Positions 51,385 to 64,000 of a stretch of DNA of 64,000 nt are shown piece after piece. Position 1 is the first letter of the stretch, and every line of letters starts with the position of its first letter. Under the pieces are notes generated by a model. It did no database searches. It was given only the letters and a program-made list of their open reading frames with translations, and was not told the DNA's origin. Made by a program: the position numbers and the translations under genes. The stretch comes from Callorhinchus milii (Eukaryota), in the NCBI RefSeq assembly GCF_018977255.1, contig NW_024704742.1:133302001-133366000 (forward strand). The letters are read 5' to 3'.

Positions 51385-51690
51385 CAACAATAACAAAATT
51401 ATATTTATAGAGCGCCTTTCATGTCGGGAGAACGTACCAACGCGCTGAACAGTCAGATGTTGGGGCCCGAGCATGGGGGAGAGGTGGTGTAGGGGTAAGG
51501 GAAGGCAGAGAGGTGGGAGGGAGACCAAAGGCACAGTCGAAGAGGAGGGTCTTGAGACCGGCCTTGAAGGAGGCAATGGAGGAAGCGAGGCAAAGGGATT
51601 GTGGGATGGAGTTCCAGAGTGTGGGGGCAGAGAGGCAGAGAAGGGATCAGTGTGGTCGAGAAGGGGCGATAAGCAATGCAGGCCAGAGGG
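51385..51690 (-). mobile_element. L2 3' fragment
   Basis: Very similar to the 16522-16937 copy (ccccatgctcgggccccaaca.ctgactgttcagcgc). Confidence 0.85.
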
Positions 51691-53574
51691 GCAAGTCACT
51701 AGCCTGTCCTTTGGAAGACTTGAATTGAATTTTCCGTTATCCTTCTCTGTTCCAGTGGAAATAGAGCCAGGGATCGAACATGGAAAGAAAATGTACTTTT
51801 AACACTTGTGCCATTTAGTGCAACGAGTGACCCGATATTACTTTCTCTCTCTCGCACTCCCTCTCTTTCTATCTTGGGTCTATGTTGCAAAAAATACAAG
51901 CCTGTTATTTTTGCTTATTTGAGAGGGGGGTGGGGTGGAAATTACATTTTGTTTATCTGTTTCCTGCAGGTTAGCAGGAAATTTGGCAAAAGAATGTAAA
52001 AAACTCCCTCCTTCATAGAGCGCTCTCGGCAAAGGAAATGAGACAGAGGTAAAACCGAGCGAGAGGTTAAGATGTTCAGGAAATTAGTGGCAAATCCAAC
52101 TCCTTCGTGGAGTTTAAAAAGTAATCATTCGAAACAGATGCAAGCATTCCCTCCCTCTCTCATTCCTTCCAGAGAAAACCAAGGACAAGAGGTTTATTCC
52201 ACTTTATAAAGTCACCACCTTTGAAAAGCTTATGAGCTTCAAGAAAAGCATTTGAAAACAATATCTTCTCATGTTAAAGCTTCCTTCTCTATGCGCAAAT
52301 TTGCTGCCTTGTTCTACAAAACACAGTCACTCCTCTGTATAGTAAATCCTCCCAACGTGAAAAGTGCTGTATCAAATGTAAGGCTTATTATTATATTCTC
52401 AGTCGCAGGAAAGCTCATCAATACACTTGCAAGGGTTTGCAGCCTACAAATTTTGTAGGCACAATCGCTACACTTCACAGTAAAATCTCACGAAGTGCTT
52501 TGAGACATTCTCCTGACGTGAAAGGCACTGCGTCAAAATGCAAGTATTATTACAGCAATACAGTCCCTGACTGTCCAGTGCCTGGACATGAAAGGCACTA
52601 TACAAATGTTATTTTGAATTGTACAAAAACAACTCCATTGTAGCTAAATTGGATGGAGATGATTCTGATCGCTACTGACCATGATGTACCCTAATTTAAA
52701 GTTTTCAAATGATAAAATACAGGTCAGCCACATTATAAAAGGACGATTTGCAGTTGATGAGTTCAGAACCTGCATTACAATAGGACAAGTGATAAAGAGA
52801 TGTCGGTCAGTGCTTCCAGCGACATAATTTCAAGTCACTTCCTGTGCTCAAATTGGTTGCTGTGTTCTCCCATGATTGATGGGATGCTGTGAGGTGCCAG
52901 GACATGTGTACGGTGCAGAAAGAAAAAAGGAGTTGTTCTGGCCAGTAATCCCCCAGGCTAAAAAAAATGTTCATTCACCTTGTAGCTGTTCATGGGACGT
53001 TCCTGTGCTCAAATTGGCTTGCCAACATACAAAATGTATTCAACTTACTCAACAGTAAATCCCGTCAAGCGTTTTGAGATGTGGTAATGCCGATGTGGTA
53101 AATCGCATCTCAAGTGGTATAATTATTGTTCTCAAACACAGTCACACTCACATGCACATAAACACATATTAAAAAAAAGTGCACTCATCTGTAAGACATC
53201 AGCTGTGGGCTAGAGTTTAGATTTTGGTTTACACCAAGGAATAATTAGTTATTAATGGCTTATGTGATTGGATCACAGGCTGTTACACAGCAAATTCCCT
53301 GGAGGCTGAGTGCTATTGAATCAATATCCCATTTTACAGTGGTCAGAGGAGATTCAGAGGAGAATTGTTCCCTCCCCATTCAGAGTCCCTGAAGGCATCA
53401 GTTGTCTCTTCCAATTCTAGACAGTTAAACTTCAGCAGTTCTGACCCACATTCCAGGGTCCCCAAAGCCCTGCCTCTCGCCCAACACTTTCTGGAATTAG
53501 GCAAGCAGCGTACGAGAGAGTGCACGTTTCATTCCAGATACATTGAAATAAATTGTAGGTGGCATAGAAAGAAA

Positions 53575-53959
53575 AATAATCATAATAATCCTTGATTTTG
53601 ATATAGTGCCTGATTACGTTGTTGAGACGTCTCAAAGCGCTTCACAGAATATACCGTAAAGTGAATTGATTGTACACTTTGTGGGCGAAACATGGTAGTC
53701 AATTGCACACAGCAGTGTCCCACAAACAGTTGTGGAATGAGTGACCAAATTACCAAATTATTATTTTGTTTTTTTTGAGGGATTATTATCCCTAGAAAGC
53801 AATGCATCAATCAACTAACAACCAGATTCCTACTTACCGCTGGCTAAATAGAGACATGTGAAGTAAGGAAACTTGCCTAAGGTTTTGCCCCACCCGGTAA
53901 TTGAACCCGGGTCCTCTTGCTTGTGAGGTGAGTCTCTAACTAATATGCTACAGGATTCC
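53575..53959 (-). mobile_element. Young Deu-SINE, long form, full length
   Basis: Head ggaatcctgtagc, gggttcaattacc, Deu core, tail. Confidence 0.88.
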
Positions 53960-54371
53960 ATATGTAGAACTCTCTCTGGTTTGAATACTCTTAATCATGG
54001 TGTTGGGTATCAAGACACCTGGCTGACCAAAAATAAATCCAGCTTGGCACAAGATGTCCCTCAAGTTCTGGCTCGTTTATCTTCAGCCGCTTACAAGACA
54101 GAAGCAAAATCTGTCCCCTCCCCCACCAATACATCCACGTCAAGATTTTGAACTCACAGACGAGGTTGACACTCCAATGCAGTGCAATGTGTGCTGTATT
54201 GTCGGATTCGCTGATTGTCAGATGACTCAAACGGAGACCTAGTCTGTGCTTTTTCAGGTGGATGTTAAAGAATCACATTGGAAAGGAAGTTTCTCCCGGT
54301 GTCTTGGTCAACAATCCCCCAAGTAAAATGGCTCATTCATTTTATGGCTGTACCACGTTCGCATACAAAGT

Positions 54372-54727
54372 AACATAACATAACATGTAGGAGCAGAAGT
54401 AGGCCATTCGGCCTTTGGAGCTCACCCCGCCATTCAATCATGGCTGATCTTCTAATCTAACTCCAGCTAATACCATAACCCTGCCTTATTCCCATATCCC
54501 ATAATCCCTTTTCTAATAAGAAATATATCTATCTCAGTCTTGAATATGTTCAAGGACTGAGCATCAACAGCTCTTTGGGGTAGCGAGTTCCACACATCCA
54601 CCACCCTTTGAGTGAAGAAGTTCTTCCTCAACTCAGTGCGAAAAACCTGGCCTCTGATTTTAAGGTTGTGACCCCTGGTTTTAGTTTCTCCAACCAGGGG
54701 AAACAATCTCCCACTATCTACTCTATC
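54372..54727 (-). mobile_element. CR1 3' fragment with (atgtt)n tail, nested in an older SINE (about 54150-54820)
   Basis: DRVDSGRLFPLVGETKTRGHNLKIRG..FRTELRKNFFTQRVVDVWNSLPQRAV..FKTEID; the SINE resumes at cagtcactgcactttacag. Confidence 0.9.
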
Positions 54728-57700
54728 AGTCACTGCACTTTACAGAGAATTATGTGAAGCTCTTTGAGACGTCCTCCCAATGTGAAAGGCGCTGTAACAA
54801 ATGTTGGGATTATTATTATGACAGTTGTCATGCTTCCACCATTCATAAGGTAATAGGTTGCAGATGCTTCCCTTAATAGTCAGCAGTACAGAACCAGTGA
54901 TCTCTCATCGCAGGGATTAAGCACTCATTTCTCAAGCAGCTCACACATAACTCCCTTCAGTTATATAGTTTAAGGTTGATACCAGGCAATATTTTGCCCG
55001 AATAAGTCCATGTGGTGAAGGAAATGGTATGATGCATTCACAAGGTATTTGATTGCACAGTAAACCCACCATCAAAACAAATTCCAAATTGCCAGCCATC
55101 GACTGCAGGTCAATGTGTCTGTCTGGGATGTCCCAAGGTGCTGAACACTCTAGAGCTTGCATCGAAGTTAGGGCTAGGAATGACAGCCGAAAGCAAGGTC
55201 AAAGAGGAACATTTGAGACAGACATTGAAGAGGCGAGGAAGTGGCGAGATAAAGGGACTCAAGGATGAGTTTCCTATCAGTCATCTTACCCCTCCCTCCC
55301 ATTCTCTTTGGCTCCCAACCCCCAACTCGTGTGCCCAGCCAGCAGCATCCAGTGCTTTTGAGACATCCTCCCGACGTGAAAGCCACTGTGTAAATGTAAA
55401 TTGTAATGTAAGATTGTCTGACCAAGAGACATGGTTTAGCGTTTTGCATGTGGTTTGAGCAGAACTTTGCTGAACTCGAGGAAGAAAGCTGCATTTTTTT
55501 TAAAAAAAGCTGCTGGGACAAACACATAGCCAAGTAATTAGCGTCATCCTTTGCGACCATCTTTGCAGGCAAACACAGCGGCCACTTCCTAAACATCCAT
55601 GAGGCGAATGACTGTTTTATCTGGGTTATTGTTGGGTGAATTATCTGGGTTATTGTTGGGCAAGACTCCAAGAGAAACAATAATAATTATCCTTGCTTTT
55701 AATATGGAATCCAGAACGTCTCACATTGCTTCACAAGATTTAATATGAAGTGAGTGACTTTTTTATAAGCAAATGCAGCAGACAATTTGTGTCCAGCAAT
55801 GTCCCACAAATAGCTATGAGGTGAATGACCAATTGTATCTTGAGTTCTTGGGCAAGAATCCAGGGGAAAAAATGATTCTTGCAATTTGATATAAAACTTA
55901 GAATGCTGAAATATCTCAGATTGCTTCACAGGATTTTACTATGGATTGTAGTGACCACTTTCTTTTGGCAGAATGCAGCACCAATTTCCCCAGAGCAATG
56001 TCCCAACAATTAAGCAAATGACCAATTTCATCTGGAGAATTTTTTTTACGGTCAGCAAACACACGCGAAAACCCTTCACCTTGCTTAAGAGTTTCCAACC
56101 AGACAGACTTCCACACAGGTATGCCACCTTTACATGAACATTTCTGTGCGTCTGGAAATGAAATACACGCTCTCTCCCTGGAGGACTGCACCCCACTTAA
56201 GTAATATGTAATGAATAAAGCACAGGTAAGAGTCAAGGCTTGGGGATACCAGAGTGTGTATTGGGGATACTGCTGGAATTGAATGATCTTTCTGGAGAAT
56301 TTTTGGCCGGGACACTGAAAGAAACTCCCTTCTCTTTTCGAATAGTGCCTTGGGATCCTTATCGTCCATCTGAACAGATGGGACCTCAGTCTTTTTTTAA
56401 AAAATCATTCCCATTCTGACTCATTCAATGTACAAAACTACCTTGAACACAGAGTCAGGGTTCATAACCCAGGCTCCCCAAGCCAAGTCAAAAAAAATTG
56501 TGAAGTGATCAGGTTAACAACTAACCATTATGAAGCACGTGCAAACCATGTGTACAGAGGAAACAGCAGGTGACATTAATTATGCCATTATATAATTATG
56601 TAATTAACAACCAATCCATTTAATCTCTCCGCTTCGCTCCCTCCCTTGCCTCCCTTGAGACCCATCTCAAGACCCTCCTCTTTGACCGTGCCTTTGATCA
56701 CCCTCCTTGCCAACCCCTGCCATCCACCCACCCTGATCCCGACTGCCAGCTTGGGTTCGAAACACTGACTGTCATGCGCCTTGAGACAACCTCCCGACAT
56801 GAAAGGCGCTATACCAATGTAATTTTGTTGGTGATGGTGTTGTTAGCACCTCTGACATTGCAACACTCCTTCCAGCACTGTAATGGAGTGTCAGCCTACA
56901 GCATGAGCTCAAAATCCCGATATGCGGGGGGGCTTGGAAACAACAACCTTCTAACCTGTAGCCGAAAGTGCTATCAACTGGGCCAGGCTGACATCTGAAG
57001 GCAATTGAAAGGACTTAAACTAGATCTGATGTTGTTTTTGGCCTGAGCTTATTTTTTTCCACTCCTTGCGGAATCAGGAATCAATCCCGTTCACTCTTGA
57101 ATGCATCAGCGGGGTCCACGTTTACTACACTAGGTGGCAGCCCATTGCACCGATCCGACAACTAAGCAAGAAGAAACCAAACCGTTCCTCGATTTGCAAG
57201 TAGATTGGAGGTACATCAAATTGGCGCATGTTAAATGTTCAATGTAAGTCAAAAGACACTGTGGCTGTGAATTAAAACGGAACAGATGTTTAGGGATTAC
57301 TATACCGTGCTGATACTGGCAAGGCGACAACAATATAGCACACAGACTTGTGCAAATACATTACAGCAGTTTTCTGAATTCTGCTGCCAGACCCCACCTT
57401 ATTGTAGATCAATTACTGCCGAGGACACTTAGGAAGCATTGGAGAATCTCCTACACATTTGCTGAACTAAACAGTAACACTATCGATTTCAAAATGTGCC
57501 AAGTCCACATAGAGGGGTCAATGTTGACGTTTGCTGCATGAAATACGGAGCAAGAAGAGTTTTCTGAGCAAAGTATCTCTTCCTGATAGTGGAATAAATT
57601 GTGTATTATGTGTAAACAGATGTGTACCATGCACCATGTGTGCAGAGGAAGTCATAGGTACTCTTAATGATGCAATTAACCAAGGTAATAGATTGGTTGT

Positions 57701-57881
57701 TAATGACCTAATTAAGGTCACCTGCTGTTTCCTCTGTGCACATAGCTTACACATGCTTCATAATAAACCCATTGGTTCTAAATAGACTTGCCACTAATTT
57801 CCTTTTACGTGTACTTTCTGATCCTTCTCTCTCCACTTCAAATCATGGGGGTTAGCTCACCTTCTCCATACAGTTTGGAGT

Positions 57882-58200
57882 GGAGTCCTGTAGCATAGTG
57901 GTTAGCAGTCTCGCCTTTCAAGCAAAAGAACCCTGATTCATTTCCTGGGCAGGGCGAAACATTAGGCATGTTTGGCAAGTTACCTTACTCTCAATAGAAA
58001 GTAGGAAAGCTTTGGTAGTCAGTTGGCAGATTACTTTGCAGGGGTAATAATCCCTTCAAAAGATAAATGATAACTTGGTCACTGAATGCATGATTATTTG
58101 TGGGACACTGCTGCGCACAATTGGTTACCGCCAATACATATTCTGCAAAGGGCTTTGATTTGCCATGATAAGGTGCTAAATCAAATTTAAGGATTATTAT
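57882..58200 (+). mobile_element. Young Deu-SINE, long form, diverged
   Basis: ggagtcctgtagcatagtggttag head, Deu core, tail. Confidence 0.8.
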
Positions 58201-60409
58201 ATACAATATTTTTTGGGTGTTTTGTTGGAAGTCCACCTTTAACCCTTCAACTTCTTTCCATGCTGTAACGCTTGAAGTTCCTTTAATGCATTGATGTCAG
58301 CCTGGCTCAGTCGGTAGCATTCTCATCTTTGGACCTGCAGAATCTGGATTCAAGCCCCATACGGGAGCCTTGAGATCACAATGCTTTCCAGGGCAGTGCT
58401 GGGAGAAGGAATTCCTTGGAGGAGGAGGGAGGAGGAGGAGTAGGGAAGGAATTCCCAGTGAGATGGAGCTAGAGACAACAGAAACTGCAACTTTGTGCAC
58501 GCAAAAATATTATTTCTCGCTGGCAGCTTGCAGCCAAAATGTGTCCAAAAATGAGTCTAGGATAATTAGGGTGCAGACCATCAGCATTTCATTGCAGTTA
58601 TGCTTGCCTTGTGAAGGGGGTAGGGGGTATTTAGAATGAAGGGTCTTCTTTTCAACCACCCCCACCCCCAAGTTATTGTTGTTCTTAAAATGAAACGTAA
58701 CCAAACTTGTTTTACATCAGCTCATTCCAGGGTCACACGGCCTGGGATTGGAATTTATCGGCAAAACAAAATAACCAATAAACTGAACTTCACGATTTCC
58801 TTATATATACATATTTATATAAATAAACTTTTCTTTGCTTAAACAAAAAATGCCTTGCTATCGATCGCCCTTACCCCTAGAGGAAACACAAATGGCATCC
58901 GGTCACAGAAAGCAACAAAAAAGCCAACATTGATCTGGAGTTAGCAGCTTGAATGTGGAAATGGGATACGCAAATCCTTAGAGGACTCTACAGACCGACA
59001 GACAAATTGCCCTCTTTACTATGCTACAGGGAAAGGCATGTCGGCAATCGATTCACATCCGCCTGAATCAGCTGGTAGTACTCTTGCCCCCGAGTCAGAA
59101 GGCCGCGGGTTCAAGCCCCACGTCGGGATTTTGTGCTCAATGTCTTAGGCAGATATTCCAATACATTGTTGGTTTGTGGGGAGGTAGCACTGTATTGTCG
59201 GAGGTACCGTCCTTTGGATACAAAATAAATAATCCTTATAGATACAGTCCAGTTCATGTCAGGAGGACGTCTCATAATTTTTCATAGGATTTACCGTAAA
59301 GTGGAGCAACTGTGAAATTTGTCGGTGAATGCGCACATAGCCATGTCCTACAAACAGACATGAGGTGAACTGGTGAATAACTAATTATTTGTTGTCTGGG
59401 GAACTTTAAACCGTGGAACTATTCAAAAAGAGAAGGGAGATTTCTCCCAATGCCCTGTCTGTCAATCCCCCAGGAAAAAAAGGTTGTTCACTTCATGGCT
59501 ATTTGTGGGGACATTGCATTGCGCAAATTGGCTGGTGCATTTGATTACAAATACACAACAACTGCATTTATATCGCCTCCTTCACATCATTGCAGTTTAC
59601 CGAAGACTATGTGAAGTGCTTGGAGACATTTGAACATGACAAAGCACTGATTTAAATCAAAGGATCATCAAGAAGAAGAAATCAAAGCTGCATACTGTGT
59701 CAACAAACTATCTTGAGCAAGGCTAAGTGTGTAATTCAGGTAACCACATTTCTGCTCGTTCCTCATTCCCTCAATTTCACCATCAGTGTCTGACAGTCTT
59801 GCCAGCAACTGTGGATATGTAATTCTCTCCCCAAATCTCTTTGCCCTGCACCCTCATCTCCCTGCCTGCCTTTTTGACCGCATCTTTTTGTCAACACGTT
59901 TACGCCTCCCTCTCCATCCTGTCGTGCCCTGGTCAGGGAATTCCTTTTGCCTTGTGAAACGCTTCATCGGCTTGAGGTTCATCCATCACGCGCCGAAGTC
60001 AAGGTTCTATTGTAAGTGCGGGTTGTGGTTGTGGTAGTTAAACAATACAATATAAATTTGCATTTATATAGCACCTTCCATGTCAGGAGGCTGTTCCAAG
60101 GTGCTCAACGAGCACTCGAGCTGGGGGTGAGGAGGGGAAAGGCGACGGAAGGCGCTGTCAAAGAGGAAATGGCTTGAAATAGACCTTGAAAGAGGTGAGA
60201 GAAGGGGCAAACAACAATAACAATTTACATGCATATATAGCATTCACACAATATCTCGGAGTGTTTAACAGTGGCGTAGTTGGATGCCGAGTCAGGGAAA
60301 AAAGAGAAGTGACCATATGCACTGTGAAAGTGGAAAGTCTTCCAAGTGCGAACTTAACCAGAATGCACTTTGTACCCTGGAGGGAGGCGACGAAAAGGAG
60401 GAAAAGAAA

Positions 60410-60731
60410 TAATAATAATAATAATCCTTGCATTTGATATAGCGCTTTTCACGTCGGGAGGACGTCCCAAAGCGCTTCACAAAACACACTGTAAAGTGAA
60501 TTGACTGTATATTTGTGGGCGAACACGGCAGCCAATTGCGCACAGCAATGTCCCACAAACAGTCGTAGATTGAAAATGACCAATTTATTATTGTTTTGGG
60601 TTTTGGAGGGATTATTATTAGGCTCTGTGTGGAGTAAGGAAACTTGCCCAAGGTTTCGCCCTCTGTCTGGATTGAACTCAGGTCTCTCGCTTGCAAAGCG
60701 AGTGCTCTAACCACTGAGCTACAGAAACTCC
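60410..60731 (-). mobile_element. Young Deu-SINE, short form, full length
   Basis: Nearly identical to 63621-63936 in reverse complement. Confidence 0.9.
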
Positions 60732-60765
60732 AGACATGCAGGTTATGGTAGGATCCTGAGCAGGA

Positions 60766-61098
60766 TGAAACCTTAGGCAAGTTTCCTTACTCCACATGCC
60801 TGTTTACCTATCAGAACATAGAAACCCGGTTGTTATTCGATTGGCAGATTGCTTTTCTTGGGGGGGGGGGGGGGGGGAGGGGAGAGGTAATAATAAACCC
60901 TTAAAATTTTTTACAAATAATAATTTGGTCACTCAATCCACGACTGTTTGTGGGACATTGCTGTGCACAATTGGCTGCCACGTTTTGCCCACATAACATA
61001 CAGTCAATTCACTTTACAGTATATTCAGTGAAGCACTTTGAGACATCTAGAAGACGTAATAGGGCGCTATGTGAAATGCAAGCATTATTATTATTATT
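60766..61098 (+). mobile_element. Young Deu-SINE, long form, 5'-truncated
   Basis: gaaaccttaggcaagtttcc, Deu core, tta tail; internal poly-G run. Confidence 0.85.
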
Positions 61099-63620
61099 TG
61101 CAGTATATTCTGCCCAGCATTTTGAGATGTCTCAACGATGTGTTAAGGCGCCATATCAAATGCAAGGAGTATTTTATTATTATTATATGAACGACACTTT
61201 AACAGAGTAGATCTGAACTCCCAAAACACGTAATCTAAACACTCAAGCCAAGTATCTGCTGATGTATGAACGCTCATCACAAAGCAGGAAAAAACCCAGT
61301 GTATCTCAGCCACCACGCTACATTAAACCTGTCACAGAGGCAATGCTCTATCTCCAGGGTGTGGAGGGGGAGGGGAGGAGGGGGAGGAAGGGAAACAGAC
61401 GCAGGACATTTGTCAGCCAAATTAGGACAGGACAGTCTGTAACCATGGAAATATCCAGCAACGGCCAAACCTTCCAGCTGAAGGTTTGTGGGAGAGCGGG
61501 TGGGAGAGAAAGGGTGGGGGAGGAGAAGGGGTTAGTGTGGGGGAGGATTGAAACAGCAGCCCCCCAGATCGGAACAAAGAGCCCGTCTGTGACCCACTCA
61601 CTACTCCCTTCAGCAGTGCATCAAGAACAATACTGGATGTAGTGTGCACATTCATGTGTGTCTGCCTGGCGCAGTGGTAGCCCTCTTGCCTCTAAGACAG
61701 AAAGAAGGTTATGTGAGGGGAATCACATTGTCTAAGCTGACGCTCCAATGCAGCGCTGGAGTGTGTTGCGCTGTTGGAGGGGCCGTGCTTCAGATGAGGA
61801 GTTTCTCATTCACTCACTTTCTGTCTGTGAGAACTTGCAGCGATTTCTTGACACACTCTTCCGCTGCCATCCCTGTGCGCCAATGCTTGTCGCATTTTTA
61901 ATACATAATAATAATCCTTGCAATTTGGTACAGAACCTTTCACGTCAGGAGGAAGTTCTGTGAAGCACTTTTAGACGTCTCAAACATGTGATAAGGCGCT
62001 CTATCAAGTGCAGGGAATATTATTATTATAAGTTGCAAAGCGATTCTTACAAGATGCAGTCTAGAGAGCAGTGACTGCAATAGAGATATTGGCTGGGATG
62101 CGAAATGTAAATTCGGTCGTTGTGACTGAAAAGGTCAGTGAAGCACATCAAAACATCTTGCGGGGGAGAAAAAGTGTCATCTTATCAGCACTCAGGGCAG
62201 TCTCCCTCCCCACACCCCCTCCCGGGGAAGAGAGCCTCCGTTGATCAGAACATGACTAAGGCACGGGAGTGTCTAATTTCACACAGTTAGTCCCCCACAG
62301 TGTACTTTCTGCCTTGTGGAAGTTGGTGCTTAATGGGGAGAAAAAGGCAAGACAGGGAAGGTAAGAGAGAGATAGAGAAAAAGCAAGACAGTTCTAGATA
62401 TACTGTAATCCCGTACTGAACCACCATGTGCAGAAGTTTTTAGGAAACTTTACATAGGAAGCATTCCCCCCGCTGAGTCTCTCCCAAACACATTATCACC
62501 AACAAGAATTTTTCTTGTGTGTTTTTTATTTTAAAAAATCTGATTCCTCTGAGCTGAGCTACTACTAATATTCTCAGCGTGGTTGCCTCAAATTGAGAAC
62601 ATCTGGGATCGGACTTGGTTGGGAAAAGGGTTGGGGGGGGAGCAGAGAGAGATAGAGAGATGGGGAGAGAGAAAGAGAGCAGGGGGGAGGGGGAGGGAGA
62701 AGAGAAGAAGAGATGCAAATAATTAATAAAAATAATAATCCTGGCTGATCGAGAGCATCGATTATGGAAATGCAGTGGATGTTGGCTATATGGATTTTGG
62801 AAGGGAATTTAATACAATGATACATTGGAGACTCAGCGACCAAATAAAGGCACCTGATATAAGCAGAAATTAGCTTTCGTCTGCAAATAGTCGCCAGAGT
62901 TTACAATAAATCCTGTGGAATGCTTTGAGCCGTTACAACAATATAAGCAGCTAAACAATCAAATTTAGGATGATTAGCATTATTAATAACAATACATGGA
63001 AGGAGTATAAATGGTTTGCAATATTTTTGGTATGATCTTTTGATGGAACAATGCAGATCTAATAAATTAATCAATTACATTTGATCCAATGCATTTCACA
63101 TTGGGAGGACACCTCAAATCGCTCCGTAGACTTAAAGTGTAATGCAGTGGCATAAATCAAGAACATTTATTTTGTTGGCCAACAACAAAGGTCATTCACC
63201 GCTGGTTCAGGCTGATAATTCAGTACAATACTGGGGGAGACAGTGCTGTCCTTTGAATGAGGCATTAAACCGAAGTCCTGTTTCCCTTCTCTGGTCGACA
63301 AAAAATCCTGTAGCACTATTTGAAAGGAAAAGGGAGTTCCTTCCAGTGTCCTGACCAATAATCTCCCAGATTAAAACATTGATAGTTCACTTATTCGTTT
63401 GTGGGACGTCACTGTGTGCAAATTACCCTACAAACAGAGCCAATACACTTTAAAGGATAAACCTGCAAAATGCTTTGAGACAGACGCGATAAGGCACTTT
63501 ATCAAATGCAAGCATTATTAATTATTATTAATAATTATTATAATAAGTCTCCTGACCTCAGTTCTATCAGTCTTAGTTCTGACTTTTAGGCTATGGCTTG
63601 TACTAACACTCATTTGTGTT

Positions 63621-63936
63621 GTCCTGTAGCTCAGTGGTTAGAGCACTCGCTTTGAAGCGAGAGACCTGAGTTCAATTCCAGACAGGGCGAAACCTTGGGC
63701 AAGTTTCCTTACTCCACACGCCTAATAATAATCCCTCCAAAACCAAAAAAAATAATAATAAATTGGTCATTTTCAATCTACGACTGTTTGTAGGACGTTG
63801 CTGTGCGCAATTGGCTGCCGCGTTCGCCCACAAATATACAGTCAATTCACTTTTCAGTGTGTTCTGTGAAGCGTTTTGGGATGTCCTCCCGACGTGAAAA
63901 GCACTATATCAAATACAAGGATTATTGTTATTATTA
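63621..63936 (+). mobile_element. Young Deu-SINE, short form, full length
   Basis: gtcctgtagctcagtggttagagc (A box), gagttcaattcc (B box), Deu core, L2-type tail. Confidence 0.9.
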
Positions 63937-64000
63937 TTTGATACAGCGCCTTATCACAACATTGAGATGCCTCAAAGCGCTTCACAGAATATACTGTGTA

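Noticed and set aside
22348..64000. Canonical RAI14 start exon (MKSLKAKFRK-like)
   Set aside because: Not found by eye on the minus strand; probably beyond the window end, though a manual scan could miss it.

Overview
Eukaryotic (vertebrate) genomic DNA, repeat-rich. The Deu-domain tRNA-SINE, L2 and CR1 content suggests a cartilaginous fish, possibly a chimaera; this is inferred from repeat style and not confirmed. The only gene I can support is on the minus strand: five consecutive GT-AG coding exons (22217-22347, 13759-13847, 10381-10445, 5786-5843, 4590-4660; 131/89/65/58/71 nt). They splice in frame to [138 protein letters not shown], the N-terminal ankyrin region of RAI14 (ankycorbin). 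I could not find the canonical MKSLKAKFRK start exon or the next downstream exon, so 22348-64000 is probably one long intron. Most ORF-track entries are spurious or are LINE debris. The most interesting signals are: a SINE/L2 partnership with a shared 3' stem-loop and tail-matched insertion sites; a multi-layer nested insertion at 24.7-26.7 kb; a 184-bp, ~95% identical inverted duplication; an unclassified repeat family; and candidate RAI14 micro-exon and alternative first exons. No prokaryote-type system (CRISPR, operon etc.) is present. Repeat boundaries are approximate unless junctions are quoted.
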